Source: Gloeobacterales cyanobacterium
GTDB taxonomy: Bacteria > Cyanobacteriota > Cyanobacteriia > Gloeobacterales > PMM-0068
Length of the DNA stretch: 64,000 nucleotides
Direction: 5' to 3'
NCBI GenBank assembly: GCA_038245785.1
Contig: JBBRSB010000001.1
Span: forward strand, 320,001-384,000
The translations under genes were made by a program, and so were the position numbers. The notes below the pieces were generated by a model, which saw only the letters and a program-made list of their open reading frames with translations, was not told the DNA's origin and searched no databases. Of this stretch, positions 9,108-18,455 are shown piece by piece. How positions within the stretch are numbered: the first letter of the stretch is position 1; every line of letters begins with the position of its first letter.

Positions 9108-10331
9108 GTGCTATTCACCAAAGCCCGTGAAGCCCTGCGGCCTCTCTTCGACCAAATTGACCAACAGACCAAACAAAATCTAGCTAAGGTTCTTGATAGC
9201 TACCGAGCCTTTGGGGTAGGCGCTCATCACTTTGCTGGAGTGAGTGGCTATGGTCATGGGGACTTGGGTCGAGACACCCTAGACCAAGTATTTGCCCAGA
9301 TTGTGGGCGCAGAAAAAGCAGCGGTGCGGGTGCAAATGGTCTCCGGGACCCATGCGATCACCTGTGCGCTATTCGGGGTGTTGCGCCCTGGAGACGAACT
9401 TTTGGCGGTGGCTGGCCATCCCTATGACACCTTGGAAGAAGTGATTGGTCTACGAGGGGTCGGTCAGGGTTCGCTTGCCGAGTGGGGGATTAGCTATCGG
9501 GAACTGGACCTCAAAGCGGATGGCACCGTAGATTTTGAAGGATTGGCTCAGGCGATTGGTCCTACAACGAAGATGATTTCGATCCAGCGCTCCTGTGGTT
9601 ATAGTTGGCGCAAAAGTCTGACCGTTCAAGAAATTGGCAAAATCGTTCACACCGCCAAACAGGTCAAATCGGATGTGGTGTGCTTTGTCGATAACTGCTA
9701 TGGCGAGTTTGTAGAAGCCCAAGAACCAACTCAGGTAGGCGTAGACCTGATGGCGGGTTCCTTGATTAAAAATCCGGGGGGCACAATTGCAACCGTGGGA
9801 GGCTATCTGGCAGGACGGGCCGATTTAGTAGAAAAAGCTTGCTGTCGGCTTACCGCTCCCGGCATCGGTTCTGAGGGCGGCTCTTCCATGGACCAGAATC
9901 GTCTGCTTTTCCAGGGACTTTTTCTTGCTCCACAGGTCGTTGCCGAAGCAGTAAAGGGTGCTCATCTAGCCGCTTGGATTTTTGAGCACCTCGGCTACAC
10001 GGTCAAACCGGGTCCTTTTGATCCTCGAACCGATGTGATTCAAGCGATTCACCTAGGCAGTGCAGAGAAACTGGTCCGTTTCTGTCGCGCTATCCAGCAG
10101 CGCTCCCCAATTGGTTCCTACTTAGACCCTGTGCCGGATGTGGTTCCTGGCTATGAAGATGCGGTTGTAATGGCAGGAGGAACCTTTATCGAAGGCAGCA
10201 CCCTCGAACTTTCTGCCGATGGACCGCTACGAGAACCCTACATCGCTTTTCTGCAGGGTGGAACGCACTTAGCGCATATGGAACTGGCTTTAGAGCGCGT
10301 ATTGGAATTGTTTGAAGAGAGTAGTATTTAA
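9108..10331 (+). CDS. Methionine gamma-lyase family / aluminium-resistance PLP protein
   Basis: GYGHGDLGRDTLD, VSGTHAI, DNCYGEF, GSLIKNPGG, ELSADGP. Confidence 0.92.
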   Translation: MLFTKAREALRPLFDQIDQQTKQNLAKVLDSYRAFGVGAHHFAGVSGYGHGDLGRDTLDQVFAQIVGAEKAAVRVQMVSGTHAITCALFGVLRPGDELLAVAGHPYDTLEEVIGLRGVGQGSLAEWGISYRELDLKADGTVDFEGLAQAIGPTTKMISIQRSCGYSWRKSLTVQEIGKIVHTAKQVKSDVVCFVDNCYGEFVEAQEPTQVGVDLMAGSLIKNPGGTIATVGGYLAGRADLVEKACCRLTAPGIGSEGGSSMDQNRLLFQGLFLAPQVVAEAVKGAHLAAWIFEHLGYTVKPGPFDPRTDVIQAIHLGSAEKLVRFCRAIQQRSPIGSYLDPVPDVVPGYEDAVVMAGGTFIEGSTLELSADGPLREPYIAFLQGGTHLAHMELALERVLELFEESSI

Positions 10332-10370
10332 TCTCTATCCGTATTATCAGTGCCCGACGGGCAACCTCCT

Positions 10371-10670
10371 ATGAACGGACAGTCTACGAAGAAGTTAACG
10401 GATGAAGAAGCTATCGAAGCTCTGAAGGCTGAAATTGCGCTCTCAGATGAGCATGCCCAGAGGCTAGCAGATTTAGTAGATGAGTTGGGGCAGCTCTTTG
10501 ATGAGCTAGAGCAGGCTAACAAGGACCAGATGCCTGGCTGGTGGGAAGCAAACGATCCGATCGCCAAAATCCGAGCAGAGTTGGATGGATGGCTTCCCGC
10601 CAGGGTTTGGCGAGAAGCCCGTGCGCAGGGTAAAGTCACCCGTGGGAAGTACGCGAAGGAGAACAGATAA
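10371..10670 (+). CDS. Hypothetical helical protein
   Basis: Clean ORF with natural-looking composition; no recognised motif. Confidence 0.5.
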   Translation: MNGQSTKKLTDEEAIEALKAEIALSDEHAQRLADLVDELGQLFDELEQANKDQMPGWWEANDPIAKIRAELDGWLPARVWREARAQGKVTRGKYAKENR

Positions 10671-10725
10671 GCGCAGAGGCAGCGTCTGTAGCCAAATCCA
10701 ATCAATCCTTCTGCTCCCAGAGCAG

Positions 10726-10750
10726 GCTCCCTGAGCGGAGTCGAAGGGAG
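10726..10750. repeat. REP-like short repeat (CTGAGCGGAGTCGAAG family)
   Basis: Reverse complement matches 45682..45706 at 24/25 nt. Confidence 0.85.
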
Positions 10751-10753
10751 GAG

Positions 10754-11087
10754 TCAATGAGGCGCATGCAATCCGATGCGATTGCCTTCCGTATCGAGAA
10801 TCGTGCCGATAAAACCGGGGTCTCCAATAGCCGTCTTCGGCATCAAGACTTTACCTCCTGCTGGTTCGACCTTTTCTAGGATTTTATCTAGATTGTCCAC
10901 ATCGACTGCGTTCAGGTAGATGGTTGTGCCTGGAACCCAATTTTCTCCCTACACAATCGCACCGCCTACTTCGCCACCATCCATTAGGAAAAACCCGTTG
11001 GGGACTCCCATAAATTTATCTTTGCGAATTTCAATACCTAGAATTGTGTTGTAGAAATGAACAGCCCGGTCAAAGTCAGTTGCAACT
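10754..11087 (-). pseudogene. VOC/glyoxalase family pseudogene
   Basis: Manual translation ATDFDRAVHFYNTILG...GGAIV*GENW...AGGKVLMPKT...DTEGNRIGLH; in-frame TAG at 10949..10951; N-terminus missing. Confidence 0.85.
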
Positions 11088-11310
11088 GCTCGATTTCAGC
11101 CTGACTGTCCATACTTTGCGCTGTAAACCAGATACTTTGCTGAAGCTGTTGGACTTTTTCTCGTTGGCTATTGGTTAAAGCTCCGGCAATCTTGCGGGCC
11201 GCCCCTGTAGCGACAGTACTATATTCCGCATCAAAGCTCTTTTCCATCACGCCAGCGCCTAAAAGTAATACGGTCGCTTCATCAGCTGTCAGGCTTAAAG
11301 GAGGCAAAAA
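11088..11310 (-). pseudogene. Internal fragment of a YafY-type HTH-WYL regulator
   Basis: FLPPLSLTADEATVLLLGA...AARKIAGAL matches the YafY linker region; HTH and WYL domains absent. Confidence 0.7.
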
Positions 11311-11344
11311 TCTACTTTACCTTTCATTCATGCCGTGGTCGGCG

Positions 11345-11659
11345 TTAATCTCGCTCTTGTTTTTCTATTTCAATCAAATCTTCTAGTCTTTCCTTAGACC
11401 AAGCCTCTGTCGGATAGGCTACAGCACTGATATGAACGAGACGAATGATCCAGGAAGTGCGCTTATGGAATTCATCGCCTTCGTCATCTCTGGAGGAAGA
11501 GAAAATAACAATTTCAACAAACTTCTGGTCTATATGGACAGGAGTCCCAGTGTAGCTATCATTCATGGTCTCAATATGAACCTTGCTGCCCTGCTGCAAT
11601 GCCTCATCAAGCCTTTGGTAGAGCAGGTCAGTCTTTCTAGCTTTAACCTTTTTTGCCAT
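11345..11659 (-). CDS. Hypothetical protein, possible Sm/SH3-like beta fold
   Basis: Helix followed by VHIET..YTGTPVHID.KFVEI..WIIRLVHISAV. Confidence 0.6.
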   Translation of the reverse strand: MAKKVKARKTDLLYQRLDEALQQGSKVHIETMNDSYTGTPVHIDQKFVEIVIFSSSRDDEGDEFHKRTSWIIRLVHISAVAYPTEAWSKERLEDLIEIEKQERD

Positions 11660-11841
11660 AACGACACTCCCGCACATGAAGAGAATAAATATACCTCTAG
11701 TCCGGCTCGTCCCTTGCGAGGGTGCAAGCCAGGCCCCCTTTTGTACTTAGTTTTCCCAAATATTCTGTTCTGCAAAATACTACCTTGTAGTACAAGGTGA
11801 CAAGGTTTATTGCGATACGAAATAGATAGAATCAAGGCACT

Positions 11842-13203
11842 ATGCATCTACAAGACAGCCTCCGTCAGCGTCGTCAGAAATTAGCGCAACGCTTCAAACA
11901 CCCTGTAGCCCTCTGGTCTGGGTACAGCAGCCCGCGCAATTTTCGCAGTAATACTTTTCCTTTTCGGGCCAGTAGCCATTTTCTTTACTTCGCGGGTTTG
12001 CCGCTGGAGAATGCAGTAATCCGGATGGAAGCAGGTTCTCTGGAGCTTTTCCTCGATGAAGGAACGCCCAGTTCCGCACTGTGGCATGGAGAGACGCCCA
12101 CGCGCCAAGAACTCGCTGAAGCAATTGGGGCTGATGCTGCTTTTCCCTTGGCAGAGCTAGATAAACGAACCCAAGATGCAGCAACTATCGCGGTGCAGTC
12201 GGAGTCTATCTGTCAGCAGCAATCCCAATTTTTGAAACGCACTATTGCTGCTACCCCCTCAGGCCATGATTTAGAGTTGGCTGCGGCTATCGTTGCGCTC
12301 CGGCTTACCCATGATCAAGGAGCTTTAGAAGAGTTGCGTCTGGCAGCCCAGGTGACGGTTTCTGCTCATTTGGCAGGGATGGCAGCAACGCCCACGGCTA
12401 AGCGGGAATCAGAAATTCGGGCGGCGATGGAAGGCGTGATTATGGCTGAAGATATGAGCTGTTCTTATCAGAGCATTGTCACCGTGCATGGAGAAGTGCT
12501 GCACAACAATCACTATCACCATCCGATTCATGCCGGAGATTTACTCTTGGCCGATGTGGGAGCAGAGACGGCCACAGGCTGGGCTGCCGATGTGACCCGC
12601 ACATGGCCTGTCTCTGGTCTATTTTCTGCTACGCAACGGGCTATTTATGAAGTCGTATTAGCGGCCCATGATGCTTGCATTGCCAAGGTAGCGCCTGGGG
12701 TGGAGTATCAAGATCTCCATCTATTGGCTGCCCAGGTTATCACTGAGGGCTTGGTTGATTTGGGTATTTTGCGGGGACAGCCAGAGGACTTGGTGGCGAT
12801 GGATGCCCATGCTCTTTTCTTCCCCCATGGCGTCGGTCATCTATTAGGTCTAGATGTCCATGATATGGAAGATTTGGGAGATTTGGCAGGCTATGAATCA
12901 GGCAGAGTCAGGAGTGACCGTTTTGGGCTGTGCTATCTGCGTTTGAATCGCCCCTTACGTCCTGGCATGCTGGTCACCATTGAACCGGGCTTTTATCAAG
13001 TACCTGCGCTTTTGCAAGATTCAGAACGACGAGCAAAGTATCAAAAAGTAGTGGATTGGGAACGCTTAGAAGCTTTTGCCGATGTGCGCGGTATCCGCAT
13101 TGAAGATGATGTTTTGGTTACTGAATCAGGGCATGAAGTATTGACTGGGGCTTTACCCACTGATCCAGATGCGATTGAAGACCTCACGAGCGGCTCCCCC
13201 TAA
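11842..13203 (+). CDS. pepP: Xaa-Pro aminopeptidase
   Basis: DVGAE, ADVTRT, HGVGHLLGLDVHD, TIEPGFY, GIRIEDDV. Confidence 0.95.
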   Translation: MHLQDSLRQRRQKLAQRFKHPVALWSGYSSPRNFRSNTFPFRASSHFLYFAGLPLENAVIRMEAGSLELFLDEGTPSSALWHGETPTRQELAEAIGADAAFPLAELDKRTQDAATIAVQSESICQQQSQFLKRTIAATPSGHDLELAAAIVALRLTHDQGALEELRLAAQVTVSAHLAGMAATPTAKRESEIRAAMEGVIMAEDMSCSYQSIVTVHGEVLHNNHYHHPIHAGDLLLADVGAETATGWAADVTRTWPVSGLFSATQRAIYEVVLAAHDACIAKVAPGVEYQDLHLLAAQVITEGLVDLGILRGQPEDLVAMDAHALFFPHGVGHLLGLDVHDMEDLGDLAGYESGRVRSDRFGLCYLRLNRPLRPGMLVTIEPGFYQVPALLQDSERRAKYQKVVDWERLEAFADVRGIRIEDDVLVTESGHEVLTGALPTDPDAIEDLTSGSP

Positions 13204-13227
13204 CCAAGCCTGTATTTGTGCTAGTAT

Positions 13228-13253
13228 ATCGTCAATCAACGATAAGCGATAAG
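13228..13253. promoter_or_regulatory. Candidate ArsR operator 1
   Basis: TATCGTCAATCAACGATAAGCG imperfect palindrome upstream of arsR, related to 13604..13628. Confidence 0.6.
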
Positions 13254-13257
13254 TTCA

Positions 13258-13578
13258 ATGACCGAGTGTGCATCTTGTCCTCCCACAAACCCTCAAATCA
13301 CGGCTAACCCTGAAGCTGAGCAGGATTTAGCTTCTCTATGCAAGGCTTTGGCACATCCATCCCGTGTCCGTATCCTGAAAATCTTGCTGGAGCGAAAGTC
13401 TTGTATCTGCGGGGAGATTGTGGAAGTGATGCCTTTGTCTCAGTCTACGGTTTCAGAACATCTGCGGATTCTGAAGCAGGCGGGTTTGGTTCAAGGAGAA
13501 GTAGACGGCCCCCGCGTCTGCTACTGTGTCCATCCCATAGTGCTAGAGCAGTTTAAAGCTCTGGTTGAAGCTCTTTAG
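13258..13578 (+). CDS. arsR: ArsR/SmtB metalloregulator
   Basis: [35 protein letters not shown]. Confidence 0.93.
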   Translation: MTECASCPPTNPQITANPEAEQDLASLCKALAHPSRVRILKILLERKSCICGEIVEVMPLSQSTVSEHLRILKQAGLVQGEVDGPRVCYCVHPIVLEQFKALVEAL

Positions 13579-13603
13579 GCAAAGCTTTTTCTTTTGCTTA
13601 ATC

Positions 13604-13628
13604 TATCGTTAATCGTCGATGAGCGTAA
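13604..13628. promoter_or_regulatory. Candidate ArsR operator 2
   Basis: TATCGTTAATCGTCGATGAGCG upstream of the arsI/cadI-like gene. Confidence 0.6.
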
Positions 13629-13655
13629 AGTAAATCAATCTTCTGAGGTAAAACC

Positions 13656-14138
13656 ATGAAATTTCGTCCCCATATCAGTTTAGAAGTTTCTGACCTGGAG
13701 GCTTCTATCGATTTCTACAGCGCTATCTTCAACATAGAGCCGACCAAGCAATACGCCGATTATGCCAACTTCCGTCTAGAAGAGCCTGCCTTGCACTTAG
13801 CGCTGGTCCATAAACCAAGCCATGAACCCTATCGAGGAGACCAGCATTTTGGGATTGAACTCTTCGAGGATGCGCAGCTAGCGGAATGGAAAGACAAAGT
13901 CACAGCGTCTGGCCTTGCACCCCGCGTTGAAGAAACTGTTACCTGCTGCTATGCCGTAGCGGATAAATTCTGGCTCAAAGACCCAGATGGCAATGAGTGG
14001 GAATTTTGGGTGCGTCATGAAGAAGCAGACCGAATGCAGGACACTCGACAAGAAGTGGGATGTGGAACAGAAGGAGTCTGCTGTGCGCCTGCCGTTACTT
14101 TAGAACCCGCTGTAGTGAAATCCTCTTACTGCTCATGA
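13656..14138 (+). CDS. ArsI/CadI family VOC metalloenzyme
   Basis: HISLEVSDLEASIDFY, YANFRL, HFGIE, TCCYAVADKFWLKDPDGNEWEF. Confidence 0.9.
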   Translation: MKFRPHISLEVSDLEASIDFYSAIFNIEPTKQYADYANFRLEEPALHLALVHKPSHEPYRGDQHFGIELFEDAQLAEWKDKVTASGLAPRVEETVTCCYAVADKFWLKDPDGNEWEFWVRHEEADRMQDTRQEVGCGTEGVCCAPAVTLEPAVVKSSYCS

Positions 14139-14170
14139 ACTTCGTCAACCTGTAAGGAAGTTTCATCCAT

Positions 14171-14695
14171 GTGAGTATTGCTGAGATTGCCAAGAGTGTG
14201 TTTATTTATCTAGGAATTCCCTTTATCGCCGGATTTCTCACTCGTTTCTTCTTGGTAAAAGTGAAAAGCAAAATTTGGTATCACGAAGAGTTTGTCCCCA
14301 AAATCAGTCCGATTACACTGATTGCTTTGCTCTTCACGATCACGGTCATGTTCAGCTTGAAAGGGAATTTGATTGTTCAGATTCCTTTAGATGTTGTTCG
14401 AATTGCCATCCCACTGGTTATTTACTTTGCGCTCATGTTTTTCATCAGCTTCTATATGGCGTGGCGCATCAGGGCAGACTATTCCAAATCAGTAAGTGTC
14501 GCATTCACCGCCGCTGGCAATAATTTTGAACTGGCTATAGCTGTTGCTATTGCAGTATTTGGCATTAATTCGGGTGCTGCGTTTGCTGCCGTCGTTGGCC
14601 CCCTCGTGGAAGTACCTGTGTTGATTGGTCTCGTTAACGTTGCGTTCTGGTTGGAAAAGCGCTATTTCAAGACACCTGAACCGAGAATGCTTTAA
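14171..14695 (+). pseudogene. acr3: ACR3 arsenite efflux transporter, C-terminal half only
   Basis: [43 protein letters not shown]; roughly the N-terminal half of the protein is missing. Confidence 0.88.
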
Positions 14696-14725
14696 TTGCA
14701 GCGACATAAAAAGAGGAGTAAAACT

Positions 14726-14971
14726 ATGAAACGAGTGATGTTTGTCTGCAAGCGTAATTCCTGCCGTTCACAAATGGCAGAGGACTACGATGTGGTTATC
14801 TCGCTCTGCGGCTGTGGGGGGAATTTGCCAGACGCCTGGATATCGCGAGAAGTTTTTGAAGACTGGCAGCTCGATGATCCAGATGGACAACCCCTCGAAG
14901 TCTTCCATCGCGTGCGCGACGAAATTAAAGAAAAAGTTGTTCAACTCATACAAAAACTCACTTTCGATTAG
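14726..14971 (+). pseudogene. arsC: LMW-PTP-type arsenate reductase with in-frame internal deletion
   Basis: VMFVCKRNSCRSQMAE joined directly to DYDVVISLCGCG; 81 aa versus about 130 aa for cyanobacterial ArsC. Confidence 0.88.
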
Positions 14972-14984
14972 GAAGAAATCACTC

Positions 14985-15839
14985 CTATAACCAGCAGGAT
15001 CGATAATCGTCTACATATTGTCTCAGGCTAATCGGTGGACGCCCCAGCAATCGAGCCACATCTTCGGTAAGCGTTTCTGCCAATCCTAAACGAGCCGTTG
15101 TGTAAATACCCGCCATGACCAGAATGAAGTTTAGGGGCAGTTTGCGCTTCCACATTTGTCCAACAAACCTTAGGAGCGAAGGATTGGTGTAGCGAATGGG
15201 CTTTCCCAAAATCTCTGTGAAAATATCTGCCACTTCGTAATAGGTCAAGGCTTCTGCTCCAGTTAGTGCATAGGCTTGACCCTGATGTCCATCCTCCGTC
15301 AAGGCTTTCACTGCAACGGCAGCAATATCTCGAACATCAATAAAGCTTGTTCTCCCGTTGCCCGCAGGCATCAATAATTTACCCTGGCGAATGTCTTCTC
15401 GATGCGTAGTGTTCAAATTTTGCATGAAGAAACTGGCGCGTAAAAAGGTTGCAGGAACACTCAGCTGCTCAATGGTGCGCTCAATAGCAAAGTGCGGCAC
15501 CACTCGATTGCGGTCGGCTCCGAGCAGCGACAAAAATACGACCTGCTCGACGCCTGCTTGCTTGGCTGCATGGAGGGCCGGAGCAATTTGTTTGCGAACG
15601 TCTGCCAGGGCAGGCGGACGCACTAAAAAGAGTTTTCGGACTCCGGTGAAGGCAGGAATAAACGTAGTGGGCTCGGTAAAGTCGAATAGCACACAGGCAA
15701 CATTTCCCTCTAAAATCTGCTGCGCTTTTGCCGGGTCTCTAACGGCTGCGCGCACCTCACAATCGCGAGTCGCCAGGAGGCGGATTACCTCTCGTCCAAC
15801 GTTTCCTGTGGCACCCGTTACCAGAATTCTTAACGGCAT
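14985..15839 (-). CDS. NmrA-like atypical SDR NAD(P)-binding protein
   Basis: ILVTGATGNVG, FFMQNL, TSFIDVRDIA. Confidence 0.9.
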   Translation of the reverse strand: MPLRILVTGATGNVGREVIRLLATRDCEVRAAVRDPAKAQQILEGNVACVLFDFTEPTTFIPAFTGVRKLFLVRPPALADVRKQIAPALHAAKQAGVEQVVFLSLLGADRNRVVPHFAIERTIEQLSVPATFLRASFFMQNLNTTHREDIRQGKLLMPAGNGRTSFIDVRDIAAVAVKALTEDGHQGQAYALTGAEALTYYEVADIFTEILGKPIRYTNPSLLRFVGQMWKRKLPLNFILVMAGIYTTARLGLAETLTEDVARLLGRPPISLRQYVDDYRSCWL

Positions 15840-16192
15840 CTAAAAAGCCAATGTTGTCAATCTTGCTCAAGCTTTCTCGTCCCGCTTGTTCTTATAGATC
15901 TTAGACGGTAAAGCAATAAAGCCCATGCTCAAGTTAACGGTTCAATCGACCCCTGCTAATGTTTTGTTGGGCCAAAGTGCTTGAGCCAGTCGATTCACAG
16001 ACAGATTTCGGTATAATTGCGCTTAAGGCAGTATTAGCGTTATAGTTCCCAAATTTTCGGATTTAGACCGTAGGAGTAAAAGATAAGCTTACATAGCGCG
16101 GAGGACCATACCTATAAGCTTGAATAAGCAGTATGGCTACGGCAATGACTTGAGCTGCTGCCCAGCTAGGCATAGCCGAAAACACAAATGTG

Positions 16193-16221
16193 TTGACATT
16201 GTATATACAAAACCTTAAATT
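16193..16221 (+). promoter_or_regulatory. Sigma70-type promoter with palindromic operator for the DUF1778-GNAT module
   Basis: TTGACA-17 nt-TAAATT with the perfect palindrome TTGTATATACAA (16199..16210) in the spacer. Confidence 0.7.
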
Positions 16222-16251
16222 AGAAGAGTCTCGCTCAAAAGAGTAAGTGTT

Positions 16252-16548
16252 ATGTCTGCCTCAGAGGGTGAAGGGTCAGTTAGCCGGACCCGCGATGTCA
16301 CCATCAACATCCGAGCTAAACAGAATCAACGGGATCTCATTGATTATGCGGCTGAAATTCAGGGCAAGAGCCGTTCAGAGTTTATGCTTGAGTCAGCTTA
16401 TCAGAAAGCCCAAGACGTTCTCCTAGACCGGAGTTTCTTTGGGTTAGATGAACTTAAATTTAAGCAATTTGTGGCGTTGCTGGATGCACCACCTACTCGG
16501 AATGAAAAGCTACATACCTTGCTGACAACCCAGTCTCCATGGGATTAG
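16252..16548 (+). CDS. DUF1778 (TacA/AtaR-like) RHH antitoxin
   Basis: INIRAKQNQRDLIDYAA..GKSRSEFMLESA...FVALLDAPP...PW. Confidence 0.92.
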   Translation: MSASEGEGSVSRTRDVTINIRAKQNQRDLIDYAAEIQGKSRSEFMLESAYQKAQDVLLDRSFFGLDELKFKQFVALLDAPPTRNEKLHTLLTTQSPWD

Positions 16549-17051
16549 ACCCAGAGGAAGACAAGCTCCGCCCGCCTGAAAAACTGAATTCGCTACATCG
16601 AATTGAAAGCTTTGACTCAGGTAACAATCAGCTCAATGACTGGCTAAAGCGTCGTGCTCTGAAAAATGAGTTAGAAGGAGCTTCCCGAACCTATGTTCTC
16701 TGCGCTGGCGAAGTCGTCGTCGCCTACTACTGCCTTTCCAATGGAGCCGTGGCACAAACTGCTGCAACAGGTCGAGTTCGGCGTAATATGCCCGATCCGA
16801 TTCCAGTTATGGTTATTGGAAGACTGGCGGTTGATTGTCAGTGGCAAGGTAAAGGTATTGGGCGTGCTCTGCTGCGCGATGCCATTCTTCGCACGCTGCA
16901 AGCTGCTGAAATAGCAGGGATACGAGCAATTCTTGTACATGCCATCTCGGAAGAGGCAAAGCAGTTTTACGTGAAGTGTGGTTTCACAGCTTCACCTCTT
17001 GAACCAATGCCCCTTATGCTGAAAGTTAACGATGCCACGGCTTCACAATGA
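16539..17051 (+). CDS. GNAT acetyltransferase toxin (TacT/AtaT-like)
   Basis: FDSGNNQLNDWLKRRA, RRNMPDPIPV, GRLAVD..WQGKGIG, VHAISEEAKQFY; overlaps the antitoxin. Confidence 0.92.
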   Translation: MGLDPEEDKLRPPEKLNSLHRIESFDSGNNQLNDWLKRRALKNELEGASRTYVLCAGEVVVAYYCLSNGAVAQTAATGRVRRNMPDPIPVMVIGRLAVDCQWQGKGIGRALLRDAILRTLQAAEIAGIRAILVHAISEEAKQFYVKCGFTASPLEPMPLMLKVNDATASQ

Positions 17052-17074
17052 GCAATAGGTGGAAATAAACAGGC

Positions 17075-17734
17075 ATGGAAATTGACCACATCTTCATCTG
17101 TGTAAAGCCTGGCGGACCTGAAGCAGAGGCCCTGGCAGAATTTGGTTTGACGGAAGGTTCTGCTAACAGGCATCTCGGACAAGGCACTGCCAATCGCAGA
17201 TTTTTCTTTCACAATGCCTTTATCGAGTTGTTATGGCTTGAAGACTCAGAGGAAGCTCAGAATCAAGTTACAAAACCAACCAATCTTTTCGAGCGACTCA
17301 CATCTGAAGATCAAGAGGTTTCACCGTTTGGCATTTGTTTCAGATCTACCAACACGGAAGACAAAAAAGCACCGTTCGCAAGCTGGTCTTATAAACCAGC
17401 TTATCTACCCTCTAATTTAGCCGTTGAGATAGGTGATGCACCTTTATCCGAGCCTATGTGGTTTTTTTTACCTTTTGGATTGAGGCCTGATTCAGTACCA
17501 CCTGAAAAACATCAGCCATTGATACATCAAAAAGGCTTTATTGAGATAACATCAGTCCACATTACACTTCCGAAATTGGAAGAACTTTCTGTGCCTGCAA
17601 CGTGTGCCACAAATTTTACGAGCGTCGAAATCATTGAGGGCAAGAATCATCTCTTGGAAGTTAGGTTCGATAGTCAGGTTAGCCTCTGTGGGCAAGACTT
17701 TCACCCTGTCTTACCTATAGTGTTTAGGTGGTAG
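17075..17734 (+). CDS. Glyoxalase-like (VOC) protein
   Basis: IDHIFICV, HLGQGTANRRFFFHNAFIELLW. Confidence 0.85.
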   Translation: MEIDHIFICVKPGGPEAEALAEFGLTEGSANRHLGQGTANRRFFFHNAFIELLWLEDSEEAQNQVTKPTNLFERLTSEDQEVSPFGICFRSTNTEDKKAPFASWSYKPAYLPSNLAVEIGDAPLSEPMWFFLPFGLRPDSVPPEKHQPLIHQKGFIEITSVHITLPKLEELSVPATCATNFTSVEIIEGKNHLLEVRFDSQVSLCGQDFHPVLPIVFRW

Positions 17735-17779
17735 TTTGGCCTAAATTAAGTTAGGCAGCGGAGCGGAGGGAGGTTCACT

Positions 17780-18430
17780 TTGAGCACTCAACGATTGGAA
17801 GACGTTCTTCGGTTCTGGTTTCCCATCCAACCAAGTGGTGACCGAGCGGCAATGGTTCGTCAGTGGGAATGGTGGTTTCGCGGGGGTGGAGATGCCGATA
17901 TAACCGAGCATTTTTCATCGCTGCTGGAACAAGCTACGCAGGGTGAACTCGATGCCTGGTCTGGTGAGCCACAGTCACGGCTTGCGCTTATCATCGTCCT
18001 CGACCAGTTCTCGCGAACGATCTATGGGGGAACTGCTCAAGCATTCGCACAGGACCCAAAGGCTTGCGCGCTGACGCTCGAAGGGATCGATATTGGTCAC
18101 TATGCAGCGCTTGAGACTCCTTGGGAGAAGACCTTTTTCTTTCTGCCACTGGGGCATTCCGAGGATCTCAGGAACCTAGAGCTTGCAGTTAATCTTGCAG
18201 ATGAGCTCGTGGAGGAGGCGCTACAGGAGTATCGCGCCTTGCTAGAGTTCTCCGCAGCGCAAGCGCGCAGACATCGGGAAGTGATTGCACGGTTCGGCCG
18301 TCATCCTCATCGCAACAATGCGCTAGGACGCCAATCAACCCCTGAGGAAATGAAGTACCTGGCGACTGGTCAGCTCGTCCATACGCGTCCGCTGCCGCCC
18401 CACTTGTCGCAGTTTCTCTCCAATACTTAG
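17780..18430 (+). CDS. DUF924 family protein
   Basis: VLRFWF, LALIIVLDQFSR, FFLPLGHSE, RFGRHPHRN; TTG start after GGAGG. Confidence 0.9.
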   Translation: MSTQRLEDVLRFWFPIQPSGDRAAMVRQWEWWFRGGGDADITEHFSSLLEQATQGELDAWSGEPQSRLALIIVLDQFSRTIYGGTAQAFAQDPKACALTLEGIDIGHYAALETPWEKTFFFLPLGHSEDLRNLELAVNLADELVEEALQEYRALLEFSAAQARRHREVIARFGRHPHRNNALGRQSTPEEMKYLATGQLVHTRPLPPHLSQFLSNT

Positions 18431-18455
18431 AGAAGGCTTGGAAAACTGCTTGCAG

